From an uncultured Candidatus Saccharibacteria bacterium (GTDB lineage: Bacteria; Patescibacteriota; Minisyncoccia; Phycocordibacterales; Zambryskibacteraceae), in contig CAYFFP010000001.1 of NCBI GenBank assembly GCA_964342515.1, positions 78,204-142,203 on the forward strand: a stretch of 64,000 nucleotides of DNA, in the 5' to 3' direction. The stretch's first letter is position 1; the number at the start of each line of letters is the position of its first letter. Under the pieces are notes generated by a model. The model ran no database searches. It had not been told where the DNA came from and saw only the letters and a program-made list of their open reading frames with translations. This document shows positions 56,149 through 64,000 of this stretch, in pieces. Both the position numbers and the translations under genes were made by a program.

Positions 56149-56632
56149 GCAGAAGATAGAATCAATTCTTTTTTTCAAAAACGAACCCGTTGCGGCTTCG
56201 GAGCTTCAAAAGCTTCTCGGAGCTTCAAAGCTTGAGATAAAAGATGCCATACAGAAGTTGCAGGACTTCTATAAAAATCGGGGAATTGTTATTGTTACTG
56301 ACGGGGAAAGTGTCTTATTCGGCACGCATCCGGAAATGAGCTTGTTTATCGAGACAATCCGGAAAGAAGAGCTCTCAAGGGAACTTACCAGCGCGGGACT
56401 CGAGACCTTGGCCATTATTCTTTACCGCGGACCGATTTCCCGCCGGGAGATCGACCAGATCCGCGGCGTCAATTCCTATTACACCCTAAGAAATCTTTTA
56501 ATACGAGGACTTGTCGAGAAAGATGATAGAGTTTACAAACCCACCATAAAACTTCTCGAATATTTGGGTGTTGCCAAAAGGGAAGAGCTGCCGGAATTCG
56601 AAACAGCTTTTAAAAAACTCGACAATGTTTAA
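56141..56632 (+). CDS. scpB: Segregation and condensation protein B
   Basis: SILFFKNEPVAASEL...GPISRREIDQIRGVNSYYTLRNLLIRGLV. Confidence 0.8.
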   Translation: MLEQKIESILFFKNEPVAASELQKLLGASKLEIKDAIQKLQDFYKNRGIVIVTDGESVLFGTHPEMSLFIETIRKEELSRELTSAGLETLAIILYRGPISRREIDQIRGVNSYYTLRNLLIRGLVEKDDRVYKPTIKLLEYLGVAKREELPEFETAFKKLDNV

Positions 56633-57578
56633 CAGATTTTTCATTACCAGAGATTCCGAAGCGCGATTCTTCTTTATCCTCGTTATCGCGCTGGCATTTC
56701 TCTTTATTGTCTCATTTATGTTGGGACTTAGAGTGGAAAGGGGAGATAATTCAGTCCCATCTGGCACAGCAAGTAAATTCCCAGAAGTTCTACTACAAGC
56801 CAAAAGCGTTTATGTATACGATGTCCGCGCGCAAGCCGTGCTCTTCGCTAAGGAGGCGGAAGTTCGCCGGCCGCTGGCTTCGCTTACCAAGGTGATGGCC
56901 GCGCTGGTGGCGCGAGAGCTGTCACCCTCTTACTCTCACGGCACTGTGGTAGTGAGCCGTGGAGCGGTGGCGGTGGATGGCGACAACGGCCTGCGCTCGA
57001 ACGAAAAGTGGTTCCTTAAGGACTTGCTCGACTTCTCGCTCGTAAGCTCCAGTAATGACGGCATCCGAGCCGTTACTCTTTCCCTTGGTTCTATCAAAAG
57101 TATCGGGGCCAGCGAAGATGAAATCGTCAACGACTTCGTCCGCGCCATGAACAGGAAGGCGTTTGAGCTTGACCTTAAGAATACCTACTTCTGGAACGAT
57201 ACCGGCTTGGACGAGTCGGAGGTGAAGGGCGGTGCCTACGGCACGGCCAAGGACGTCTCGCTTCTGGTGGAGTACATTCTCACTTACCATCCGGAACTTC
57301 TCGAGGCCACCAAGGAAGAGAGTGTCGTACTCGCTTCGCTCGATGATTATAAGTACCAAGCCGAGAATACCAACAAAGCGATGGGGGAGATTCCCGGCCT
57401 CTTGGCATCGAAAACCGGTTTTACGGAGACCGCCGGCGGTAATCTCACCTTCGCTTTCGACCCCGAACTCGGCCGGCCGATCGTTATCACAATCCTTGGC
57501 TCAACCGAACAAGGCCGCTTCGAAGATGCGAGAACACTCGTCACTGCTACTCTTAAATATCTTAATGGCGACGAGTAA
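56625..57578 (+). CDS. D-alanyl-D-alanine carboxypeptidase-like serine peptidase (PBP5/6 family)
   Basis: SxxK ASLTKVM. SxN SSSND. KTG KTGFT. Start at the ATG 56625 overlapping the scpB end. Confidence 0.75.
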   Translation: MFNRFFITRDSEARFFFILVIALAFLFIVSFMLGLRVERGDNSVPSGTASKFPEVLLQAKSVYVYDVRAQAVLFAKEAEVRRPLASLTKVMAALVARELSPSYSHGTVVVSRGAVAVDGDNGLRSNEKWFLKDLLDFSLVSSSNDGIRAVTLSLGSIKSIGASEDEIVNDFVRAMNRKAFELDLKNTYFWNDTGLDESEVKGGAYGTAKDVSLLVEYILTYHPELLEATKEESVVLASLDDYKYQAENTNKAMGEIPGLLASKTGFTETAGGNLTFAFDPELGRPIVITILGSTEQGRFEDARTLVTATLKYLNGDE

Positions 57579-57680
57579 TTTTCAATTTACAATTACCAAT
57601 TTCCAATAAATTTTCAAATACGATTTAATTCGACTATAGTCAGCTTAAATCGTATTTGAATATCTTGAGACTTCTTGAAT

Positions 57681-57716
57681 AAAAGAAAAGCCGGCGTCCT
57701 GTGGAGACGCCGGCGG
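57681..57716 (-). terminator. Rho-independent terminator for the minus-strand gene 57734-58252
   Basis: The minus strand reads cccgccggcgtc-tccacag-gacgccggc followed by ttttctttt. Confidence 0.6.
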
Positions 57717-57733
57717 GCGGAAGAACTACAACT

Positions 57734-58252
57734 TCAGACTGTGAACGAATCGTTGTTCTTGGCGGCGCGCTTGTGAACGTGCCATACTTCGACATCGCGC
57801 GGGCCAATGCCGAAGATCTCCTCAAACTGAGCCTCGGTGGTAACGTATCGCAGCTCGTTTCTCATCGCGTCGGGACCGTGCACGCCAAGCTCGGCGGCAT
57901 TCGAGAACGGCACATATCCAGCGTTGCCTTCGATATGGCCGCCGTTCTCCTTGACCCATTCGACAAGAGCATTTTCCGTGTGAGTGGTTCCGGTGAACCA
58001 CGGCGACTTCGACTTCCTCTCGTCGTCCACGAATGTGAAGACGGGTGTTGTTGGGATGTGTGCGAGGGCGTCCTTCAACGCGTCCATATACTGCGCACGC
58101 ACCTCGGCGTCCATCTGGTTCATACCGCTCGCGATACGGTCATGCGTTGTTGCCACGAGCCCCTGATTCCTAACCACCCGTTCGGGGGTAATGCTCGTGA
58201 CTCCATTGTTGTAGTTGACGAAGAACGTCTTGCCTTCGAGACTTCGAGCCAT
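57734..58252 (-). CDS. Hypothetical protein, compositionally GC-rich (likely horizontally acquired)
   Basis: 172 aa. Strong SD AAAGGAGGCACC upstream of the ATG on the minus strand; terminator downstream. The opposing + ORF 57701..58342 is judged to be a shadow ORF. Confidence 0.5.
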   Translation of the reverse strand: MARSLEGKTFFVNYNNGVTSITPERVVRNQGLVATTHDRIASGMNQMDAEVRAQYMDALKDALAHIPTTPVFTFVDDERKSKSPWFTGTTHTENALVEWVKENGGHIEGNAGYVPFSNAAELGVHGPDAMRNELRYVTTEAQFEEIFGIGPRDVEVWHVHKRAAKNNDSFTV

Positions 58253-58453
58253 GGTGCCTCCTTTGTGGCTTGGCTCACGCCTGTTGGCGCAAGAGGCTTG
58301 GTAGTTCGAAGCTCAGCCCATCTGAGCCCTACCCAAACCTAACTTTCTTAAATATACACCTAAATCATTATTTTGTCAAGTACAACCTTGTAATTACTAA
58401 AATAAGGCTCAAAAGAGGCGTTTTTCAAGCTTTTAGGCTATAATACCCACATT

Positions 58454-60265
58454 ATGTGTGGGATTACTGGCATTACTGATACGCGAATAGGCAAGCTCGA
58501 GGATTCTATCCAGAAGATGACTCGAGCCATTGCACACCGCGGGCCGGATGATGAGGGTTATTTCATAGACGACTCTGTCGCTCTCGGCATGAGGCGCCTC
58601 TCTATTATCGATTTGTCGCGAGGCAAACAGCCGATAGCTTCTAGCGACGGACGCCATCAAATATTTTTTAACGGGGAAATTTATAACTACAGAGAAATAA
58701 AAAGGGAATTAAGCGATTATACTTTCAAAACTGATTCCGATACTGAAGTAATTCTGGCTGGATACCTAAAGTGGGGGATTGGCGTATTGAGAAAGCTGCG
58801 CGGCATGTTTGTATTTTGTATTTATGATACGAAGGACAAAAAGATTTTCCTCGCCAGAGATTTCTTCGGCATCAAACCCCTGTATTATCTGAAAAGAGAA
58901 AATAATATTGCCGCTTTTTCATCGGAAATAAAATCATTTCTCGAACTTCCCGATTTTAAACCGGAGGTCAATGACGCGGCGGTCTACAATTATCTCTCAT
59001 ATCAGTACAACCCGCTGAAAGAAACTTTCTTCAAAAATGTTTATAAGCTCCCGCCGGCGCATTACTTAGAAATAGATTTAAAGACGGGTAAGTTTGAAGA
59101 GAAGAGATATTGGCAATTCAAATTCAATCCAGATGAAAATTTAAAAGAAGAAGGTACTAAGAAAGAAATTCTGGACGTGATGAAAGACAGCGTCGCTCAC
59201 CACATGATCGCCGACGTGCCGGTGGGAGCTTTTTTGTCCGGAGGAATTGATTCAAGTATCATCGCGACCTTAATGTCCCCCTCGACTTCGCTCGGGGCAA
59301 GGAAGACAAAGACCTTTACCGTGACGTTCGGGAGTGTTTCTGAAGGTGTAGAAGCGAAAGAGACCGCCGAGCCATTAGGAACTGACCATACAGAGATCAG
59401 CGTGGGAGCCGAAGAGTATTTCGAAGCGTTGCCAAAAGTTGTGTGGCACTTCGACGAGCCAGTGGCGGATCCTTCGGCTCTCGGCATCTACTTCTTATCG
59501 CGCGAGGCGAGGAAGCATGTGAAGGTCGTACTCTCGGGCGAAGGGGCGGACGAGCTCTTCGGCGGCTACAACATCTACCTTGAACCGTATGCCAGAAGGT
59601 GGATCGCTTGGCTGCCGAAATGGATATTGAAGATTCTTTCCAAGATTCCTCTGCGCGGCAGAAACTATGCCGAGAGGGGACTAATGAGACTTGAAGATTG
59701 GTATATCGGCAATGCCTCAATTTTCAAGGATGCTGAGATTAAGAATCTCTGGATTGGAGAATCCGTATCAAGGTTTAACCTTGATAATTTATATCAGGAA
59801 GCAGAGGGTTTAAGCGATTCGGTTAAGATGCAATATATAGATATTAATACTTGGTTAGTGGGAGATATCTTGGCTAAGGCGGACAAAATGACCATGGCCC
59901 ATTCTCTCGAACTTCGCGTGCCGTTTCTGGATAGCGTCGTAGCTTCGTTAGCTTCAAAGCTTCCGGATAAATTCAAGTGGAGGAAAGGTGGCACGAAGTA
60001 TTTGCTGCGGGAAGCTTTCAAGTCAGTTTTGCCCGAATCCACGCGTCAGCGCAAAAAGCTCGGCTTCCCGACCCCTATTCGCGAGTGGATTGACAGGGAA
60101 GACGTTAAAAAAACTATTCTCGGAAATGATTATATTAAGTCGCGTTTTGACACCGGTTTGATAGAAAAGCTTTTTGAAAATGCCGGAGATAATGCCAGAA
60201 AAATCTACCTTCTCTTAATGCTCGCTATCTGGCACAATACCTTCATATGGAAATACTCAAAGTAA
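58454..60265 (+). CDS. asnB: Asparagine synthetase (glutamine-hydrolysing)
   Basis: N-terminal MCGI (Cys2 nucleophile), PP-loop SGGIDSS. TATAAT at 58439-58444 lies close upstream. Confidence 0.9.
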   Translation: MCGITGITDTRIGKLEDSIQKMTRAIAHRGPDDEGYFIDDSVALGMRRLSIIDLSRGKQPIASSDGRHQIFFNGEIYNYREIKRELSDYTFKTDSDTEVILAGYLKWGIGVLRKLRGMFVFCIYDTKDKKIFLARDFFGIKPLYYLKRENNIAAFSSEIKSFLELPDFKPEVNDAAVYNYLSYQYNPLKETFFKNVYKLPPAHYLEIDLKTGKFEEKRYWQFKFNPDENLKEEGTKKEILDVMKDSVAHHMIADVPVGAFLSGGIDSSIIATLMSPSTSLGARKTKTFTVTFGSVSEGVEAKETAEPLGTDHTEISVGAEEYFEALPKVVWHFDEPVADPSALGIYFLSREARKHVKVVLSGEGADELFGGYNIYLEPYARRWIAWLPKWILKILSKIPLRGRNYAERGLMRLEDWYIGNASIFKDAEIKNLWIGESVSRFNLDNLYQEAEGLSDSVKMQYIDINTWLVGDILAKADKMTMAHSLELRVPFLDSVVASLASKLPDKFKWRKGGTKYLLREAFKSVLPESTRQRKKLGFPTPIREWIDREDVKKTILGNDYIKSRFDTGLIEKLFENAGDNARKIYLLLMLAIWHNTFIWKYSK

Positions 60266-61314
60266 TCGTCCCCACGGTGCTTACTTTCTCCATCGGGATT
60301 TTAATCACCCCGTTTTTTACCCGCTACTTCTATCGGTACAAAATGTGGCGGAAATCATCCCGGGCGCTCTCTCAAACTTCCCAAGTGTTCGGAGAGATTC
60401 ATGACGCTTCCGCCGAAGCGTCCACTCCGCGCATCGGCGGAGTGGTCATCTGGTTTTCGGTGCTTTTGACCGTGGTAATCATATTTATACTCTCGGAACT
60501 TTTCCCCGCGGGACTTTTTGGAGGGACGGAGAGCATCTTTCGCCAGCTTAACTTCTTTAGCCGGAGCCAGACAGTGGTGCCTCTGGGAGCATTCTTCCTC
60601 GCGGCTTTCATCGGTCTCTTGGACGACCTTCTCCAGATTTTCGGGCAGGGCAGCGCCGTGAGAGATCCTCTGATCTATCGCAAGGTAAAGATCATGTTCG
60701 TCACCCTGATCGGACTCTCTATCGCTTTATGGTTCTATTATAAGCTCGACTTCGTCTCCATTCATCTGCCGTTCGCGGGCGAGTGGTTCCTCGGCCTTTG
60801 GTTTATACCGATTTTTGTCATCGTGATGCTGGCTACCTTTTCCACCTCGGTCATCGACGGACTCGACGGCTTGGCCGGAGGAGTGTTGGCGGCCTGCTTC
60901 ACGGCCTTCGCCGTGATTGCTTACATCGGCAGCCAGTTCGACATATCCGCCCTTTCCGGCGCTATCGCCGGAGGCATTTTGGCTTTTCTCTGGTTTAACG
61001 TGCCGCCGGCGCGCTTCTACATGGGGGAGACGGGAATGCTTTCTTTAACCGTGGTATTAGCGGTAATCGCCTTTCTGACCGATTCGGTATTACTTCTTCC
61101 CGTCATCGGCTTCCCTTTGGTAGTTACTTCCGCTTCGGTCATTATCCAAACTAATGTCTATAAATACTTTAATAAGAAAAGAGTTTTTCTGGTAGCGCCC
61201 CTTCACCACCACTTCCAAGCGCTCGGCTGGCCGAGAGAGAAAGTGGTCATGCGCTACTGGATCGTCTCGGTGGTCTCGGCCATTACCGGCGTGATTTTGT
61301 TTATCGTAAGTTGA
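60247..61314 (+). CDS. mraY: Phospho-N-acetylmuramoyl-pentapeptide transferase
   Basis: Multi-TM GT4 family with DDLLQ and FYMGETGMLSLTVVL blocks, followed by ftsW and murG. Confidence 0.8.
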   Translation: MEILKVIVPTVLTFSIGILITPFFTRYFYRYKMWRKSSRALSQTSQVFGEIHDASAEASTPRIGGVVIWFSVLLTVVIIFILSELFPAGLFGGTESIFRQLNFFSRSQTVVPLGAFFLAAFIGLLDDLLQIFGQGSAVRDPLIYRKVKIMFVTLIGLSIALWFYYKLDFVSIHLPFAGEWFLGLWFIPIFVIVMLATFSTSVIDGLDGLAGGVLAACFTAFAVIAYIGSQFDISALSGAIAGGILAFLWFNVPPARFYMGETGMLSLTVVLAVIAFLTDSVLLLPVIGFPLVVTSASVIIQTNVYKYFNKKRVFLVAPLHHHFQALGWPREKVVMRYWIVSVVSAITGVILFIVS

Positions 61315-61320
61315 AAAGCG

Positions 61321-62184
61321 ATGCTTAAGTGGCTTAAAAGATTTTTCATCCCGCACGTTGGTAATGCTTACCGGCCGCACTTTCTCTTAAATCAGAATAT
61401 CCGCCAGCTTCTGGGCATTATCTTCGGCTTCGAACTGATACTCTTCATCCTGCCCACCCTTTTCTATTCGAATGTCGTAAGCCAGTTTAATCTCGCCTCA
61501 GTCCTGCCGGCGGTACTCTCGACTCTGACAAACGCGGAGCGTTTGTCCAATAATCTGCCGATTCTTGCCGTCAGTCCCAAACTTACGCGGGCGGCACAGC
61601 TTAAGGCGGAAGACATGGCGGCCAAGAGCTACTTCGCCCACACTTCGCCGGAAGGGAAGAGTCCGTGGCATTGGTTTAATCTCGTCGGCTACCGGTATTA
61701 CTACGCCGGAGAAAATTTGGCGGTTAACTTCACGGACTCGAAAGAGGTGGCGAAGGCTTGGATGAATTCGCCCACCCACCGAGCCAATATCGTCGGCGGA
61801 CATTATACGGAAATCGGCACCGGTATCGCGACGGGAAAGTATAAGGGAAATGACGCGGTCTTCGTCGCTCAGCTTTACGCCAGTCCCTTCCCAGTCTCGA
61901 CTCTTGTAGGCCAAGCCTCTGATTCCATCGGCAATCTTGAATTCGCTATTGCCTCACCGAGAGATACTGCCAATACGATGCTTATCATAACGCTTGCCGT
62001 AATTTTTGCCGCGCTTCTCCTGAATATTTTTATAAAGTTCGACAGACAGCATCCGGACCTTATCAGGAACGGACTTTTTGCGGTGGTTATTATCTTGGGA
62101 ATTTATCTCACGAACAGCTACCTCTCGGAGAAAAACCTCGAAACCTCCTTCATCGCCTTCTCTGCCGAAGAGACTATCGAATAG
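61321..62184 (+). CDS. CAP (SCP/PR-1-like, YkwD-type) domain protein with flanking TM helices
   Basis: LKAEDMAAKSYFAHTSPEG...AWMNSPTHRANIVGGHYTEIGTG. Confidence 0.6.
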   Translation: MLKWLKRFFIPHVGNAYRPHFLLNQNIRQLLGIIFGFELILFILPTLFYSNVVSQFNLASVLPAVLSTLTNAERLSNNLPILAVSPKLTRAAQLKAEDMAAKSYFAHTSPEGKSPWHWFNLVGYRYYYAGENLAVNFTDSKEVAKAWMNSPTHRANIVGGHYTEIGTGIATGKYKGNDAVFVAQLYASPFPVSTLVGQASDSIGNLEFAIASPRDTANTMLIITLAVIFAALLLNIFIKFDRQHPDLIRNGLFAVVIILGIYLTNSYLSEKNLETSFIAFSAEETIE

Positions 62185-62201
62185 TGGTATAATTTTGCCC
62201 A

Positions 62202-63302
62202 ATGGCAAAAGGGATCAAAGTTGATAAGCCGTTTCTCTCCTTTACGATAATCCTTATCGTGGCGGGATTCTTCATTTTCTCCTCGGCCTCGCTGGGACTC
62301 TTGGCCAAAGAGAGCTCGAATTACGCCGAGGTGGCCTTTTCCCAAACCGTTTTAGGACTCTTCTTGGGCACTCTGGCCATGATAGTCGCGACGAGACTCG
62401 ACTTCAAAATCTGGAAAAGCTCGGCCTTCTACATCTTGCTTGCGGCCATTCTCCTCAATATCGCGGTACTTCATCCGGAGATAGGACTCGAGCACGGCGG
62501 CGCCCGCCGCTGGATAGCGCTGGGGGAATTCTCCTTCCAGCCCTCCGAACTGCTGAAGTTCGCTTTCGTCATTTACTTCGCCGCGTGGGCGGCGGGCGCC
62601 AAAGAGAAGATGAAAGACTTCATCTGGGGCTTTCTGCCGCTACTCGCCCTCCTTGCCGTTTCCGCTACACTGCTCCTCCTCCAGCCTGATACTGACACTC
62701 TTATCATTCTCGCCATAACCGGCATAGCGATGTTTATCGCCGCGGGCGGCAAATGGCGGTGGGTTCTGATAACAGGTCTTATCGGCCTTATCGGACTAAT
62801 CGGATTAATTTACACCCGTCCTTACGTAAAAGAGCGCGTCACTACTTTCTTAAACCCCGCCTCTGACGCGCTCGGCGCCTCTTACCAAATCCAGCAATCG
62901 CTCATCGCCATCGGTTCTGGAGGACTCTTCGGCAAGGGCTTCGGCCAAAGCGTGCAGAAATTTACCTACCTGCCGGAGCCGGTGGGGGACTCGATCTTCG
63001 CGGTGGCGGCGGAGGAGTTCGGCTTCGTCGGAGCCGTTTTACTCATTGCGGTATTCGTCTTGTTTGCGGTGCGCGGGCTGAAAATCGCCTCGAATGCGCC
63101 GAATGCCTTCGGTAGACTGACCATTGTCGGGATTGTTATAATGATAATCTCCCAAGCATTCGTCAATATCGGCGCCATGCTGGGGGTGCTGCCGCTCTCC
63201 GGCATTACCTTACCCTTCGTCAGTCACGGTGGCACCTCGCTTTTCGTAACGCTTTTCGAAGTTGGTATAATTTTATCTATTTCTAAATCGCAGAAAAAAT
63301 GA
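62202..63302 (+). CDS. ftsW: SEDS-family peptidoglycan glycosyltransferase FtsW/RodA
   Basis: 10-TM protein ending in PFVSHGGTSLFVTL. Confidence 0.85.
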   Translation: MAKGIKVDKPFLSFTIILIVAGFFIFSSASLGLLAKESSNYAEVAFSQTVLGLFLGTLAMIVATRLDFKIWKSSAFYILLAAILLNIAVLHPEIGLEHGGARRWIALGEFSFQPSELLKFAFVIYFAAWAAGAKEKMKDFIWGFLPLLALLAVSATLLLLQPDTDTLIILAITGIAMFIAAGGKWRWVLITGLIGLIGLIGLIYTRPYVKERVTTFLNPASDALGASYQIQQSLIAIGSGGLFGKGFGQSVQKFTYLPEPVGDSIFAVAAEEFGFVGAVLLIAVFVLFAVRGLKIASNAPNAFGRLTIVGIVIMIISQAFVNIGAMLGVLPLSGITLPFVSHGGTSLFVTLFEVGIILSISKSQKK

Positions 63303-64000
63303 GGGTCTTATTTACAGGAGGAGGAACCGGCGGGCACTTCTACCCCATAATCTCGATTGCCGAAGAGCTCAACTCTCTCGTCAAAGAGAAGCGGCTCTTG
63401 GAACTCGAGCTCTTCTATATGTCGCCCTCTCCCTACAACGAGGGGATGCTCTACGAGCGCGGCATTATTTATAAAAGGAACAGCGCGGGCAAATTGCGCG
63501 TCTCGCGCGCCGGATTCAATCTCGTCCGTAATTTCTTCGACCTCTTTAAGACCTTATGGGGTACCATTGTCTCTGTCGTCGAGATTTACCGGCTTTACCC
63601 CGATGTGGTCTTCGGCAAGGGCGGCTATGCCAGCTTCCCGGCTTTATTGGCCGCCAAACTTCTTAGAATTCCGGTGGTAATACATGAGTCGGATACCGTG
63701 CCGGGGAGGGTGAATCTCTGGGCGGGGAAATTTGCCGCGCGTATCGCTCTTTCTTACCGCGAAGCGGCGAAGTATTTCCCTGCCGGCTCGACCGCTTATA
63801 CCGGCCAGCCGGTGCGCAGAGAAATCGCTTTGCCGATTGCCTCCGGCGCCCGCGAATTTCTGAAAATCGAAGAGAACGTGCCGGTGGTCCTTATTCTCGG
63901 CGGCTCGCAGGGAGCGCAGAAGATTAATGAAGTAATATTTGAGGCGCTTAAAAGTTTAGTGGCAAAGTACGCCGTGATACACCAAGTAGGGGCGGCTAAT
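63299..64000 (+). CDS. murG: UDP-GlcNAc:undecaprenyl-PP-MurNAc-pentapeptide GlcNAc transferase MurG (3'-partial)
   Basis: Hand-translated MRVLFTGGGTGGHFYPIISIAEEL. ATG overlaps the ftsW stop (ATGA). Runs to the window end. Confidence 0.85.
   Translation, partial: MRVLFTGGGTGGHFYPIISIAEELNSLVKEKRLLELELFYMSPSPYNEGMLYERGIIYKRNSAGKLRVSRAGFNLVRNFFDLFKTLWGTIVSVVEIYRLYPDVVFGKGGYASFPALLAAKLLRIPVVIHESDTVPGRVNLWAGKFAARIALSYREAAKYFPAGSTAYTGQPVRREIALPIASGAREFLKIEENVPVVLILGGSQGAQKINEVIFEALKSLVAKYAVIHQVGAAN

Noticed and set aside
57701-58342. 213-aa plus-strand ORF
   Set aside because: It is a shadow ORF antisense to the minus-strand gene in a GC-rich patch. The minus-strand gene has a strong SD and a terminator; the plus ORF has neither.
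1-64000. CRISPR arrays / rRNA genes
   Set aside because: No regularly spaced direct repeats with unique spacers and no rRNA-like conserved stretches were seen anywhere in the window.

Overview
This 64 kb window is a mosaic. The backbone is moderately GC-rich (about 50% by eye) and carries housekeeping genes: ychF, leuS, mltG, mnmA, an alaS catalytic fragment, infA-rpmJ-rpsM-rpsK-rpsD-rpoA-rplQ-rplM-rpsI, grpE-dnaK-dnaJ, msrA, trpS, a class IIb AspRS-like gene, scpA-scpB, asnB, and mraY-ftsW-murG. Two visibly AT-rich accessory islands interrupt it. Island 1 (about 1.9-14.5 kb) is bracketed by tRNA genes: an odd tRNA pair at 2466-2612 on the left, and tRNA-Ala(TGC), a tyrosine integrase, an inverted truncated tRNA-Ala copy and tRNA-Ala(GGC)/(CGC) on the right. 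Its cargo is a translationally coupled cassette: a 1637-aa DUF4011-like SF1 helicase with a C-terminal DUF559/Vsr-like endonuclease (Hhe-like), a DUF2779-type nuclease, and a secreted staphylococcal-type thermonuclease with an Excalibur domain. An HExxH (ImmA/IrrE-like) membrane protein lies just upstream. Island 2 (about 18.9-27.2 kb) ends in an HTH excisionase-like gene plus a large serine recombinase whose reading frame runs into the start of ychF. It carries a P-loop (SF3-like) ATPase, several hypotheticals and secreted Excalibur/Pro-rich proteins. Other notable points: a NUDIX domain inserted inside leuS; a stand-alone AlaRS catalytic fragment (split or truncated alaS); a MazF-type TA pair between dnaK and dnaJ; a DinJ/YafQ pair next to ychF; a 69-nt palindrome-containing dispersed repeat that also flanks an ArsR-family regulator; a 40-nt promoter/operator-like direct repeat flanking a PaaX-like regulator; a 21-nt identical in-frame segment in mnmA and the AspRS-like gene; and a candidate structured RNA at 240-480. 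The small proteins, sigma70-region-4-only protein, reduced aaRS forms and non-canonical tRNAs suggest an uncultivated small-genome bacterium (CPR/Patescibacteria-like), but that is inference. No rRNA or CRISPR array is present.
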